From: Isurus oxyrinchus
Taxonomy: Eukaryota
Direction: 5' to 3'
Length of the DNA stretch: 64,000 nucleotides
Assembly: GCA_026770705.1 (NCBI GenBank)
Contig: JANJGN010000052.1
Location: 3,844,001-3,908,000, forward strand
Made by a program: the position numbers and the translations under genes
Notes under the pieces: generated by a model
Told to the model about the DNA's origin: nothing
The model's input: the letters and a program-made list of their open reading frames with translations, nothing else
Databases searched by the model: none
Shown here: positions 24,105 through 36,455 of the stretch, one piece after another
Numbering within the stretch: position 1 is the first letter of the stretch
Layout: each line of letters begins with the position of its first letter

Positions 24105-26190
24105 CACCGTTCAGAATCAATAATCAAACCCCGTTCAGTATCAATAATCAAACCCCGTTCGATATCAATAATCAAACCCCATTCAGTATCAATAATCAAA
24201 CCCCATTCAGTATCAATAATCAAACCCCGTTCAGAATCAATAATCACACCCCGTTCAGTATCAATAATCAAACCCCGTTCAGAATCAATAATCACACCCC
24301 GTTCAGTATCAATAATCACACCCCGTTCAGAATCAATAATCACACCCCGTTCAGTATTAATAATCAAACCCCGTTCAGTATCAATACTCAAACCCCGTTC
24401 AGAATCAATAATCAAACCCCGTTCAGAATCAATAATCAAAACCCGTTCAGTATCAATAATCAAACCCCGTTCAGAATCAATAATCAAACATCATTCAGTA
24501 TCAATAATCAAACCCCATTCAGAATTAATAATCAAACCCCGTTCAGTATCAAAAATCAACCCCCTTTCAGAATCAATAATCAAACTCCGTTCAGGTTCAA
24601 TAATCAAACATCGTTTAGAATCAATAATCAAACCCCGTTCAGTATCAATAATCAAAACCCGTTCAGAATCAATAATCAAACCCCGTTCAGAATTAATAAT
24701 CAAACCCCGTTCAGTATCAATAATCAAACCCCATTCAGAATCAATAATCAAACACCATTCAGTATCTATAATCAAACCCCGTTCAGAATCAATAATCAAA
24801 CCCCGTTCAGTATCAATAATCAACCCCCTTTCAGAATCAATAATCAAACCCTGTTCAGTATCAATAATCAAACTCCGTTCAGGTTCAATAATCAAACACC
24901 GTTTAGAATCAATAATCAAACCCCGTTCAGAATCAATAATCAAACACCATTCAGTATCAATAATCAAACCCCGTTCAGAATAAATAATCAAACCCCGTTC
25001 GGAATCAATAATCAAACACCGTTCAGTATCAATAATCAACCCCCTTTCAGAATCAGTAATCAAACACTGTTCAGAATCAATAATCAAACACTGTTCAGTA
25101 TCAATAATCAAACTCCATTCAGATTCAATAATCAAACACCGTTTAGAATCAATAATCAAACCCCGTTAAGTATCAATAATCAACCCCAGTTCAGAATCAA
25201 TAATCAAACTCCATTCAGGTTCAATAATCAAACAACGTTTAGAATCAATAATCAAACACCATTTAGAATCAATAATCAAACCCCGTTCAATGTCAATAAT
25301 CAAACCCCGTTCAGTATCAATAATCAAACGCCGTTCAGAATCAATAATCAAAGCCCGTTCAGTATCAATAATCAAACGCCGTTCAGAATCAATAATCAAA
25401 CCCCGTTCAGTATCAATAATCAAACGCCGTTCAGAATCAATAATCAAACCCCATTCAGTATCAATAATCAAACCCCTTTCAGAATCAATAATCAAACCCC
25501 TTTCAGAATCCATAATCAAACCCCGTTCAGAATCCATAATCAAACCCCTTTCAGAATCCATAATCAAACCCCTTTCAGGATCAATAATCAAACCCTGTTC
25601 AGGATCAATAATCAAACCCCGTTCAGAATCCATAATCAAACCCCTTTCAGAATCAATAATCAAACCCCTTTCAGAATCAATAATCAAACCCTGTTCAGGA
25701 TCAATAATCAAACCCCATTCAGAATCAATAATCAAACCCCATTCAGAATCCATAATCAAACCCCGTTCAGTATCAATAATCAAACCCCATTCAGAATCAA
25801 TAATCAAACCCTGTTCAGAATCAATAATCAAACCCCGTTCAGTATCAATAATCAAACACTGTTCAGAATCAATAATCAAACCCTGTTCAGTATCAATAAT
25901 CAAACACTGTTCAGTATCAATAATCAAACCCCTTTCAGGATCAATAATCAAACCCTGTTCAGGATCAATAATCAAACCCCATTCAGTGTCAATATTCAAA
26001 CCTCGTTCAGAATCAATAATCAAACCCCGTTCAGAATCAATAATCAAACTCCGTTCAGTATCAATAATCAAACCCCGTTCAGAATCAGTAATCAAACCCC
26101 GTTCAGTATCAATAATCAAACACTGTTCACAATCAATAATCAAACACTGTTCAGTATCAATAATCAAACCCCGTTCAGTATCAATAATTA
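24105..26190. repeat. 24-bp minisatellite (aataatcaaaccccgttcagaatc), ~87 copies
   Basis: Direct inspection; explains the long NNQTPFRI / SIIKPRSE ORFs. Confidence 0.95.
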
Positions 26191-26286
26191 ATGTCTCTAC
26201 TGTGGATGGAATTTTTGATTTGGATCAATAATACTAAACACTGATCACTCTGATTGTCACTCTGATCATTTCTGTTTCTATTACAG

Positions 26287-26403
26287 AAGAAAGATGAAAA
26301 GGTTCTGGAAATGAAATCTAACCGCGGAGTCAATCCTGATACAGATGATGATCTTTACGCAAACTGTGATTTTGCCAAGGATTCTGTTTATGGGAATTTA
26401 TAA
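26287..26403 (+). CDS. Putative gene B terminal cytoplasmic exon with two tyrosine motifs
   Basis: ctattacag|AAG...; KKDEKVLEMKSNRGVNPDTDDDLYANCDFAKDSVYGNL*. Confidence 0.65.
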   Translation, partial: KKDEKVLEMKSNRGVNPDTDDDLYANCDFAKDSVYGNL

Positions 26404-27739
26404 ACTGAGCAAGAATGAGACACACACAGTGTGGGGAGAATACAGAATGGGAGAATCATTCAAAACTCCAATTTACCTTCCTAATATCCACAGGAACTCA
26501 CTCCCAGGAAATAGATTTAAACCTCTTGTTACAATCTGATGGAATTTCTTCGGAATGATCTATCCAGGATGATTGTCTGTGGGTTTCAATTCGAACATCC
26601 TCCTTCAGAATTGTCCCTCACTGTTGGAAACATCCTTCTCTCCAATCTGATTGTAAATGTCTTTAGATATCGTTCGATGATGTACCAGGACAGAACGGAC
26701 AAATTCAATCCCGTGTCCGTGATTATGAGTTAATTTTCATTCTGTTATTCAGCTTCCTGTCTGTCAGTGTTTACAGAATATTCATCAGCCAGTGTAGACT
26801 TCAGGAAATGCAGGATCGGTGGATAATTGGAGCAGAGGAGATTGTTAATATTTACTCACCATTTTGTAGTCAAATGTATTTTCAGAAATATATTTGGATT
26901 TTACACTTCATCGTTAAACAGCGAAACGAACAACAATCTGGGAAACAGGGAAGCAATTTGATTGGAGATTTGAGAAATTCTCTGCAGCTTAGAGGATAAC
27001 TTGTGCTACAGTGCCACCAATGATGGGAGTTCATCAGTACAACGTGACATGTTTACATTGATATAGCCAATGAACATAGGAAATTATGATGTGAAAATTT
27101 GGTTGCAGGTTTATCTTCTTCAATATGTGATGGATGGATGAGACAGCTTTGATAACAGAATGAGACAGAGCTGCAATAAACCATCATTTTAGTCTTTCAC
27201 ACTTGGAGAGTACAATTAGCATCCATCCTGATGGCTGAGTGGATGGGTGGACTGTGCGATGTGTTACAGATTACAGAGACCAACATACTCGATCCTGGTT
27301 CCGCTCTGTGTTTGATGAGATGCTTGGATCAAAGATTGGGAAAATAAATAATCCTCCTGCATTGATCTGTATCTGGTCTCTCCCTCTATCAATGTCCTGA
27401 GGACAGAATTGGGTTCCATGTCCAAAATCAGACACATGCTTTGACTGCCCATTGAATCGGAACAGGAGGAGGCCATTCAGCCCCCTCGAGCCTGCTACTC
27501 AGGAACAAGAGGGCACCTGAAACAAAAACAGAAATGCTGGAGACTGAGTAGTTCTGGCAGCATCTGTGCAGAGATAAACAGAATTAACATTTCGAGTCCG
27601 TATGACCCTTCTTCAGAGTCTCAAAGCAAAAACTCTGTTTCTCTCTCCACAGCTGCTGCCAGACCTGCTGAGTTAATGCAGCATTTTCTGATTTTATTTA
27701 GATTTACAGCATCTGCAGTATTTATTTTTAATGAGAGGA

Positions 27740-28410
27740 GGACATTCAGCAGCTCAAGCCTGTTACACAGGAACAGGAGGAGGCCCCATTCAGCCCCCTC
27801 AAGCCTGTTACCCAGGAACAGGAGGAGGCCCATTCAGCCCCCTCGAGCCTGTTACACAGGAACAGGAGGAGGCCCATTCAGCCCCTCGAGCCTGTTGCAC
27901 AGGAACAGGAGGAGGCCCATTCAGCCACTCAATTCTGTTACATGAGGACAGGAGAAGGCCCATCAGCCTCATGAGCCTATTACACAGGAACAGGAAAAGG
28001 ACATTCAGTCCCTCAACACCCTTCCACAGGAACAGGAGAGACTCTCAGCCCCTCGAGCCTGTTACACAGGAAAAGGAGGAGTCCTATTCAGCCCCATAGA
28101 GCCTGTAACACAGGAACAGGAGGAGGCCATTCAGTCACCTGAGCCTGTTACCCAGGAACAGGAAGAGCACATTCAGTCTCTCAACCCTCTTACACAAGAA
28201 TAGGAAACCTATGCAGTCCCTCGTGCCTGTTTTACAGGATCAAGAGGAGGCCCATTCAGCCCCCTCGAGCCTGTTACACAGGAAGAGGAGGAGGCCCATT
28301 CTGTCCCCTTGAGCCTGTTACACAGGTACAGGAGGCCCATTCAGCCTCCACAAGCTTGTTACACAGGAACATTAGGGGCTCCATTCAGCCACTCAAGCCT
28401 GTTCCACATG
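27740..28410 (+). repeat. ~42-bp minisatellite (cctgttacacaggaacaggaggaggccattcagcccctcgag); also at 15575-15720, 29270-29540, 50850-51170(-)
   Basis: Tandem units. Confidence 0.85.
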
Positions 28411-28414
28411 AACG

Positions 28415-29250
28415 GGAACAAAAACAAAAATAGCTGGAAAAACTCAGCAGGTCTGACAGGATCTGCGGAGACGAACACACTTGACGTTTTGGGTCTGTAT
28501 GACTCTTCATCAGAACTAAGGGAATCGAGAAATGAGGTGACGTTTTAGCTGGTAGAGGGGGTGGGACAGGTAGAGCTGGATTGTGGGCCAGTGATAGGTG
28601 GAGGTAAAGAAGAGGTGGCCAAAGATGTGATAGACAAAAGGACAAAGGGGTGTTGACGGTGGTGATATTATCTGAGGAATGTGCTAATGGGGACATTAAG
28701 GGTAGAAAGCAGGACGAACAAGAGACAGATAGTCCTAGTGGGGGTGGGGTGGGGGAAAGGATTGAAATAGGCTAAAAGGTAGAGATACAACAACAGATGT
28801 AAAACATTTAAAAATAATGGAAATAGGGGGGAAAAGAAAAATATATCAATAAAATAAATATTAAAAATGATAAATTATTGGAAAAAAGGAGATTGGAAAG
28901 GGGGTGGGGATGGAGGAGAGAGTTCATGATCTGAAATTGTTGAACTCAATATTCAGTCGGGAAGGCTGTAAAGTGCCAGGTCGGAAGATGAGGTGCTGTT
29001 CCTCCAGTTTGTGTTGGGCTTCACTGGAACAATGCAGCAGGCCAAGGACGGACATGTGGGCATGAGAGCAGGGTGGGGTGTTAAAATGGCAAGCGACAGG
29101 GAGGTCTGGGTCATGCTTGTGGACAGACCGAAGGTGTTCATCAGAGCGATCACCCAGTCTGTGTTTGGTCTGTCCCATGTAGAGGAGACCACATTGGGAG
29201 CAGTGAAGGCAGTAGATTAAATTGAGGGAAGTGCAAGTGAAATGCTGCTC
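28415..29250 (-). mobile_element. Penelope-like element fragment (GIY-YIG endonuclease end plus tail)
   Basis: YMGQTKHRLGDR..EHLRSV...LPVACHFN...LEEQHLIFR.GTLQP..LNIEF. Confidence 0.8.
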
Positions 29251-29559
29251 CCAATGATGCTCCTAATGTACTCGAGCCTGGTACACAGGAACTGGGGAAG
29301 GCCAATTCAGCCCCTTTAGCCTTTTACACAGGAACAGGAGGAGGCCCACTCAGCCCCATGAGCCTGGTACACAGTGAGAGAAGGAGGCCATTCAGCCCCC
29401 ATGAGCCTGTTACACAGGAACAGGAGGAGGCCCATTCAGCCCCGCGAGCCTTTTACACAGGAACAGGAGGAGGCCCATTCAGCCCCTCGAGCCTGTTACA
29501 CAGGAACAGGAGGAGGCCCAGTCAACCCCTCGAGCTTGTTGCATGTGAACAGTCAATGG

Positions 29560-29865
29560 CCCTTCAAAAACATTCTTGGCACGCAAAGGGTTAACAGTTT
29601 TCTAACAGTGCGAGGCAAAGAGCATCTTTCTCACTTGGTACCAAGCACTTCCTCATTTTGACTCACAGTGACACATCCACCCTTTTTAATTAAACACAAA
29701 TAGGGAGCAGCACAGGAAGAGTTCATTCAGCCCAAGCAGAGCGTGTGGGCAGTTCCTCCCCAGGCGAGCAGTCGGACAGGTCCGGGGTAAGTAACGGAAT
29801 GATTGGAAATCACGGGGGGAGTTCTGAGGGCTCCTAATCCATTGTCCTGTCTTGTAAATCAGCAC
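29560..29865 (+). pseudogene. Relic Siglec promoter/exon-1 fragment with an internal deletion
   Basis: Copy of 15725-15960 fused directly to a copy of 17843-17893. Confidence 0.6.
29645..29666 (+). promoter_or_regulatory. PU.1/ETS (CACTTCCTCATT) plus AP-1 (TGACTCA) composite; also at ~30295-30313, with AP-1 at ~15812
   Basis: Consensus matches immediately upstream of the conserved non-coding first exons. Confidence 0.5.
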
Positions 29866-31626
29866 CTTAATACTGACCCTTCAACAGTGCGGCACTCCCT
29901 CAGTACTGATCCTCCAACATTGCAGCACTCCCTGATTAATGTCCCTCTGACAGTGCAGCACTCCCTCAGTACTGACCCTCAAACAGTGGAGATCTCCCTC
30001 AGTGCTGATCTTACAATAGTGCAGTAATGACCATCCGACAGTGCAGCACTCCCTCAGGACTGACACTGGGCAGTTTCAGTCTACTCTGTGGGGCAGACGT
30101 CCCCTGAATGGGGTCTTGAATCCCACAACATTCTGACCCCCTGAATTTGGCTGTGAAACCCACTGACCCACAGGAGAAACTCCTGGTCAATGACTGTCCA
30201 CCTGTCAGCAGAAATATCAACACAGGGTCAGGACACAAAGGGTTAACAGTTCACCAACATCTCAAAACATGAGCTGCTCTGTCACTTTGATCCAACTTCC
30301 TCATTTTGACTCACAGAGACACATCAACCCTTTCTCATTAAATACACAGAGGGAGCAGCACAGGAAGAGGTCATTCAGCCCAAGCAGAGCGTGTGGGCAG
30401 TTCCTCCCCAGGCGAGCAGTCGGACAGGTCCTGGGTAAGTAACGGAACGATTGGAATTCACTTCCACCACCAACACCGTCCTTTGTTGATGTTGTGACTT
30501 TATAAAGAGAGATTCCAATGAATGATGTCTTTGAAAGATTTCTACTGGTTATTGAGATCTGGGTGTGAGGCTCAAGTCTGTTGTACAGAACATCTTTCTA
30601 GCTCAGGGGATGAGGGAAGTGCAGAGACATGAGCTTTGGGATGTCCTGAGGTGGTGAAAGGTGCTATAGAAATGCAAATCCTTCATTGTTTGTCTTTCTT
30701 AAAGCCTTGTAACTCTCTGCAGAGCACCTATCATCCCACAGAGAATCAAATTAGTCTGTGAAGACATTGTCTAAAAGCAGTTCTGATCTCTCGAGAGGTG
30801 CTGGACAAGAGGTGAGGTCTCATTAACTCCTTTCTCTTTCACAGCTTGAGAGTGAGAAGTGGATGGAATATCTGGGAGTGGACAATGATCGGGAAGTCTA
30901 CTTCCTCTTGTCACTTCTCCAAGGTAATATCATCGTCAGCTTGGACAGATTTATGTTTAACAGTCTTTGTAAAAGATCATTCTTATCTCTTTATCTCTGT
31001 AACCTCCTGCAACTCACCCAAACAACTTCCCAGATCTCTGTGTTACTCCAATTCCGGCCTCTTGACCATCCCCCAATTCCCATCACTCCAGTACTGGTGG
31101 CCGTGCCTTCAGCTGCCTGGGGCCTGAGCTCTGGAATTCACTCCCTAAACCTCGGGGATTGAGGAGATCAGAGGGTTTCATTTTACTGAGAATCACCACG
31201 ACCACATCACAGCTGCAGTGAGAATAGACAGAGAGTCCAGCCCTCACACTTCCTGCACAGTTTCACCATAGCAACCACAATAAGGAAATTTAACAATACT
31301 GAAAGTTAAACTGAAGCTCAGCCCATTCAGTGTTGAGAGATGAGATATTTACACAGTTTCCCTGTGTATCTTGTGGACACTGTGTTGGGTGGAAGACTGG
31401 CTTCACTAAACAGGGTCCTGAGGACCATGAGCCAATGTAGAATGAAATTGTCCACTCCTGTGTCCAGGATTCTGTTCCATCCGTTGTGAAACCTTGGGGA
31501 GTTCCTTGTGTGTCCTGTAGATGGTCCACACTGCAGCCACTGTGCCCCAGTGATGGAGGGGGTGGATATCGAGTCTAGTGGATCTACAAACTATCCAGAG
31601 TCAAATGTTGATATTTCTCTCCCCAG

Positions 31627-32000
31627 TTGGACTGTCACAAGAGTGGAAAGGTGACACTCCACGAGAGGTGACAGCACAGGAAGGTTCATGTGTACCGATT
31701 CCATGTCATTCCAGTTACTTATCAAATTTCGTAGGGAGATCACGTGCGGAATCTGGTTGAAAGGAATAGATGGGAACCCACAGCCTAAATGGTCTATAGC
31801 CTTTCACTCCGAGGGTCACAGTCACAGGGATCAAAGATTCCGCCATCGGACCCGGCTGTCTGGAGACCTGAAAGATGGCGACTGTTCCCTGATTATAAAC
31901 AACATCAGACGGGAAGATGCAGGACCTTATTTTTTCAGAATAGAGTTTGACAGCAGGAATAGTTACAGCTAGTATCCTGTAACCCAGCTTGACGTTTCTG
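31627..32000 (+). pseudogene. Gene C V-set exon, frameshifted
   Basis: Homologous to 18501-18869 and retains YFFRIE, but has a frameshift and a stop. Confidence 0.9.
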
Positions 32001-34339
32001 GTAAGTGCTGTGTTATAATTACTCAACAATTCACATCCAACACTCAATGGGAAATAACACAAACTGTGACGTTTACATAATAACACAAAACACAGCTTAT
32101 TATAACACACTGTCTGATTCTCAATAACCTGGTGATAGCTTCCAGTTCAGTCCTAAAGCAACCTCTAAAAATCACTTTAATATCAATGATGAAAAGCATT
32201 AACTGTACCGACATCTTTCATTCTACATCAGCACTCCCTCAGCGCTGACCCTCTGACAGTGCAGCCCATTCTCAGTGTCCACATTCTCAGACCTCTCAAA
32301 ATGCTTCACAGTCGATAGAAGTTAATTGATCTTTATTTGATTATTGCTGAATGAAGAGACAAGCTGTCTAAACTTTACATCTCGCACACACCATTCTCCA
32401 CGGCAACACCTCCACCTATCAGAGACCACTTGCCAACCAATCAGCACTGTCTTCCCATTAAGTATAAATTGTTGTTCACTTTCTGTTGGTAATTGTGCAT
32501 ACGGGGTTCTTGATTCCCTCCCTGACATCTTAATGTCCCAATGAACAGAAGAAGTTCCAACAATGAGCTGTGGTTGGTGATTCCTCACGTTACATCCAGG
32601 GACACTGGCGACTATCAGTGTGTGGCAGAGAATGAACATGGAGCAGTGGAGGGGTTCATAACCATTACTGTGGAATGTGAGTGTACACAGACTTCAACAT
32701 CTCTCTCAGATTCGAATACTACACAAACACCCTCAAACGTACAGACCTAAATAGACACGTGCAGACACACATATATGACCACACACAAAGACACACTCAC
32801 AAACAAACACACTAGCACAAGACTCCCTCATGGGTTACCTGACCTCCCTCAGTACTGCACTGGAGCGTGGGCTGAATTCTGGGATCTGTGTTCCCATTCA
32901 TATTTATGGAAGAATATGGAAATTACTCGTACAAACACTCAGATGCATAGAGGCACTCATAGATACTCTCTGCATCTCCAACTCTCTCTCTCCCTTTAAG
33001 GAGCTACCTGAAACCTAACCCTTTGACGAATAACTAGTCCCAACTCCTCTTTATCTGATTATGTGATTTTTTTGTGAATCTGAGAGTAAGAGAGAGGTGG
33101 AGAGGTTTAGTAAGAGAATTCCTGCTGATGAAAAGCTTACATCCTGTTCTCACTATTTCCGTGCCCATTATGTCCAAAGCCCCTGTTTATAGTGATGACT
33201 CCCTATGTAAACGTCACACTGTAGTTACAGCCTCCCACCAGTGGTGGCATTGTAGCACTTAATCCTTGTGTTTCCCAGCTTTTCAAGCAAATCTACTTCC
33301 CAGTTTGCTACACAAGCTGGGAGTTCATCGGAATTCAATTATTTCTCAAACGGTAGATTTGATAATTCATTTTATTGAGAACTTCCTCAGCACCTCCCTG
33401 AAGTGTTTACACTCTCCGGGAAGCAGGAATAGGCTGGATGTTGGGGAGTTCATCTTTTCCCAGAGAGTAGGGATCCTCGGGAATGTGCTGTCAGTGGGTG
33501 TGGTGGTTGCTGTCTCTCTGTCACCTTCAAGAGGGATCTGGAGTGGTTACTGACTGGGGGAGAGATCATGGAAGCGGAGAATGATACAGCACAGGAGGAG
33601 GCCATTCAGTCCATGGTGCCTGTGCCAGGTCTTTCAATGTTCTATCCCATCAGATCCACTAACCACCACTCCACTTTGCCCCCATCTTCCTCCTTCAAGT
33701 GTTTATCCAATTTCCCTTTTGAAAGTTCCTATTGAATCTGCTTCCACCGCCCTTTCAGGCAGCACCTTCCAGATGACAACAACTCGCTCTGTCAAAACAA
33801 ATTCTCCTCATCTCCCCCTCCGGTTTGTCAATCTGTGTCCCTCTGGTTACCGACCCTCCTGCCCCTTAAATACATCGATACTGTTCACCTCAACCACTCC
33901 CTGTGGGATCGAGTTCCACATTCTCCCCTCTCTCTGGGTAAAGATTGGAACTGTTTATTAAGCGGGGGTTGTAAGTCCGTGGGGGAGTCCATCTCGATCC
34001 TCCCTGATTCGCACACACGTCCGAGATGGATTTCAACCCTGCACTAAACGTTTCCAGAATTTTCTACAGCACAATCCTGTACACAGTGATGGAGAGAAAC
34101 ATTGGACAGGGAGTCCAACAACACAATGATCCATTCTCACCAATGTTCCACGCTAAGGGGAAAGTTCCGATTGTCCACTCTTAGAGTGTTTACAATGAAA
34201 ACATTCATTCCACATTGAATCCCAGTGGATGGGTCAATAATACAGCAAATGTTGCAGTGATATGAAGCTTGATTGTTCAGCCAGAGTGAGAGATTGAAAG
34301 AGGAGAGTCAGTGATGATTTCTTTCTGTGTGTTCTCTAG

Positions 34340-34479
34340 ACAGTGGAGGAGAGATTCTGCACGTGATCCTGATCCTGGGAATACGAGCTGTGATATTCCT
34401 TGTGGCTGTGGTTATCACTATCGCTGGAGTCTGTGTCTGGGAGAGACAAACAGTGAAAGGAAGTCGACAGACTGTTTGA
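34340..34479 (+). CDS. Activating-type TM + short tail exon (Arg inside the TM helix)
   Basis: ctctag|AC AGT..., phase 1; (Y)SGGEILHVILILGIRAVIFLVAVVITIAGVCVWERQTVKGSRQTV*; Arg codon at 34384-34386. Confidence 0.8.
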
Positions 34480-34599
34480 AGCTTTGTACAGCAACAATCT
34501 GGTCAGTCAGTGCGGACAAATAACGTGTGATGTTGGGTTAAGTGTAATGAAACTGGTCAGTGTCCTGGTTAGAATCACCTTCGTATCAGAGAGGCATTC

Positions 34600-35200
34600 C
34601 AGGACAGTGGGAGACCATTCAGCCCATTGAGTCCATGTTGTCTCTTTGTAGAGCAATCCACTCAGTCCCATTCCCCCGCTCTATCCCCGTATCCCTGCAA
34701 GTTTATTTCCCCTCAAGTGTCCATCCAATTTCCTTTTGAAATTGTTCATCGTCTCCGGTTCCACCATCCTCGTAGGCAGCGAGTTCCAGCTCATTACCAC
34801 TCGCTGTGTAAAAAAGTTCCTCCTCACATCCCCCCTCTGCCCAAAACCTTCAATCTGTGTCCCCCAGTCCTTGTACCATCAGCTAATGGCAACAGCTTCT
34901 CTTTGTCTACCTGATCTAAACCCATCATCATCTTGTACACCTCGATCAGATCCCCCCTCAATCTCCTTTGCTCCAAGGAGAACAACCCCAGCTTCTCCAA
35001 CCCAACCTTGTAGCTAAAATCCCTCATCCCTGGACCCATTCTGCTCAATCTCCTCCCCACCCTCTCAAGGACCCTCACTTCCTTCCCAAAGTGAGGAGAC
35101 CAGAACTGGACACAATACTCTAGTTGTGACCTAACCAGAGCTTTATAAATGTTCAGCATAACCTCCCTGTGTTTGTACTCAATCCTTCGATTTATGAAAA
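34600..35200 (-). mobile_element. CR1-like LINE fragment
   Basis: YKALVRSQLEYCVQFWSP...LEQRRLRGDLIEVYK. Confidence 0.85.
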
Positions 35201-35904
35201 GCTAATTCTTTCCATCAGCACAAACAGCAATTTCCAAGCGGACTCCCATCAGCAGACAGAGTGCAATGAAACATCGGCATGCCTGCTTCTTAATGTACGG
35301 AGAGAAACCTGGAACGAGAGATTCTCCTTCTTCTCCTCAGCAAGCTGAAACTTTTCCTTATACCTGGTGCTCCCCAGTCCTGCTGTGTGGACACATCATA
35401 ACCACGGCATTGTCTGGCTGTGTGCAGCCAACATGGTCGAATAGGAATGAACAGAAATGTGACGTTGCTAAACTCTGTTCTCTGATTGGAATGTGCTTTC
35501 TGAATGCTGCACCTTTTTCATGCTGCGATAGATTGTACGAAGCATTTGGGTTATGAATAAAATTACATTGATTAACTCAAGTGATTAAAATGTTCAGGCT
35601 GTTCTGTAGATATTTAAAGATTAAAATTCTTGTTTTGCTGCAAAATACTTGGCTCAAAGGCATTACTTCATGTTGTCACGTTTTCCAATCAGATGAATTC
35701 CTCTGTCCATCTTTATAATAGAAATTTCCAATGTAAACATGTCACATTGTAACTGCACACACTTGCCAGTGGCTGGTGTGATATCAAAGCTGTCTTGCTG
35801 TCGAGAAACAGCGAGAAATATTCCTGTTGTGTGCATGAACTTCATGTTAGCATGAGACACAGGCATCAGATACAATTTTGTGCAATTTGTACAATGTTCT
35901 TTAG

Positions 35905-36455
35905 ACAGCGCAGCACTCCCTCAGTACTGACCCTCCAACAGCGCAGCACTCCCTCAGTTCAGACCGTCCTACAGTGCAGCACTCCCTCAGTTCAAACCCT
36001 CCGACAATGCAGCACTTCCTCAGTTCAAACCCTCTGACAGTGCAGCACTCCCTCAGTTCAGACCCTCCTACAGTGCAGCACTCCTTCAGATCAGACCCTC
36101 CGACAATGCAGCACTCCCTCAGTTCAAACCCTCCGACAGTGCAGCACTCCCTCAGTTCAGACCCTCCGACTGTGCAGCACTCCCTCAGTTCAAACCCTCA
36201 GACAGTGCAGCACTCCCTCAGTTCAGAACCTCCGACAGTGCAGCACTCTCTCAGTTCAAACCATCCGACAGTGCAGCACTCCCTCAGTTCAAACCCTCCG
36301 ACAGTGCAGCTCTCCCTCAGTTCAAACCCTCCAACAGTGCAGCACTCCCTCAGCTCAGAGCCTCCGACAGTGCAGCACTCCCTCAGCTCAGACCCTCCGA
36401 CAGTGCAGCACTCCCTCAGTACTGAACCTCCGACAGTGCTGCACTACCTCAGTAC
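35905..36455 (+). repeat. 33-bp minisatellite (cagttcaaacc variant)
   Basis: Tandem units. Confidence 0.9.

Larger units (their letters stand above)
30863..34479 (+). pseudogene. Siglec-like gene C (activating type), ectodomain disrupted. Leader 30863-30923, V 31627-32000, partial C2 ~32523-32676, TM/tail 34340-34479
   Basis: V exon is 374 nt (1-nt deletion near 31745) with a TAG at 31970-31972; D2 exon absent; 5' half of the C2 exon replaced by unrelated sequence. Confidence 0.85.

Noticed and set aside
24029-26191. 720-aa NNQTPFRI-repeat ORF and the overlapping long ORFs
   Set aside because: Produced by a 24-bp minisatellite open in several frames on both strands. It starts in a LINE fragment and lies in an intron position.
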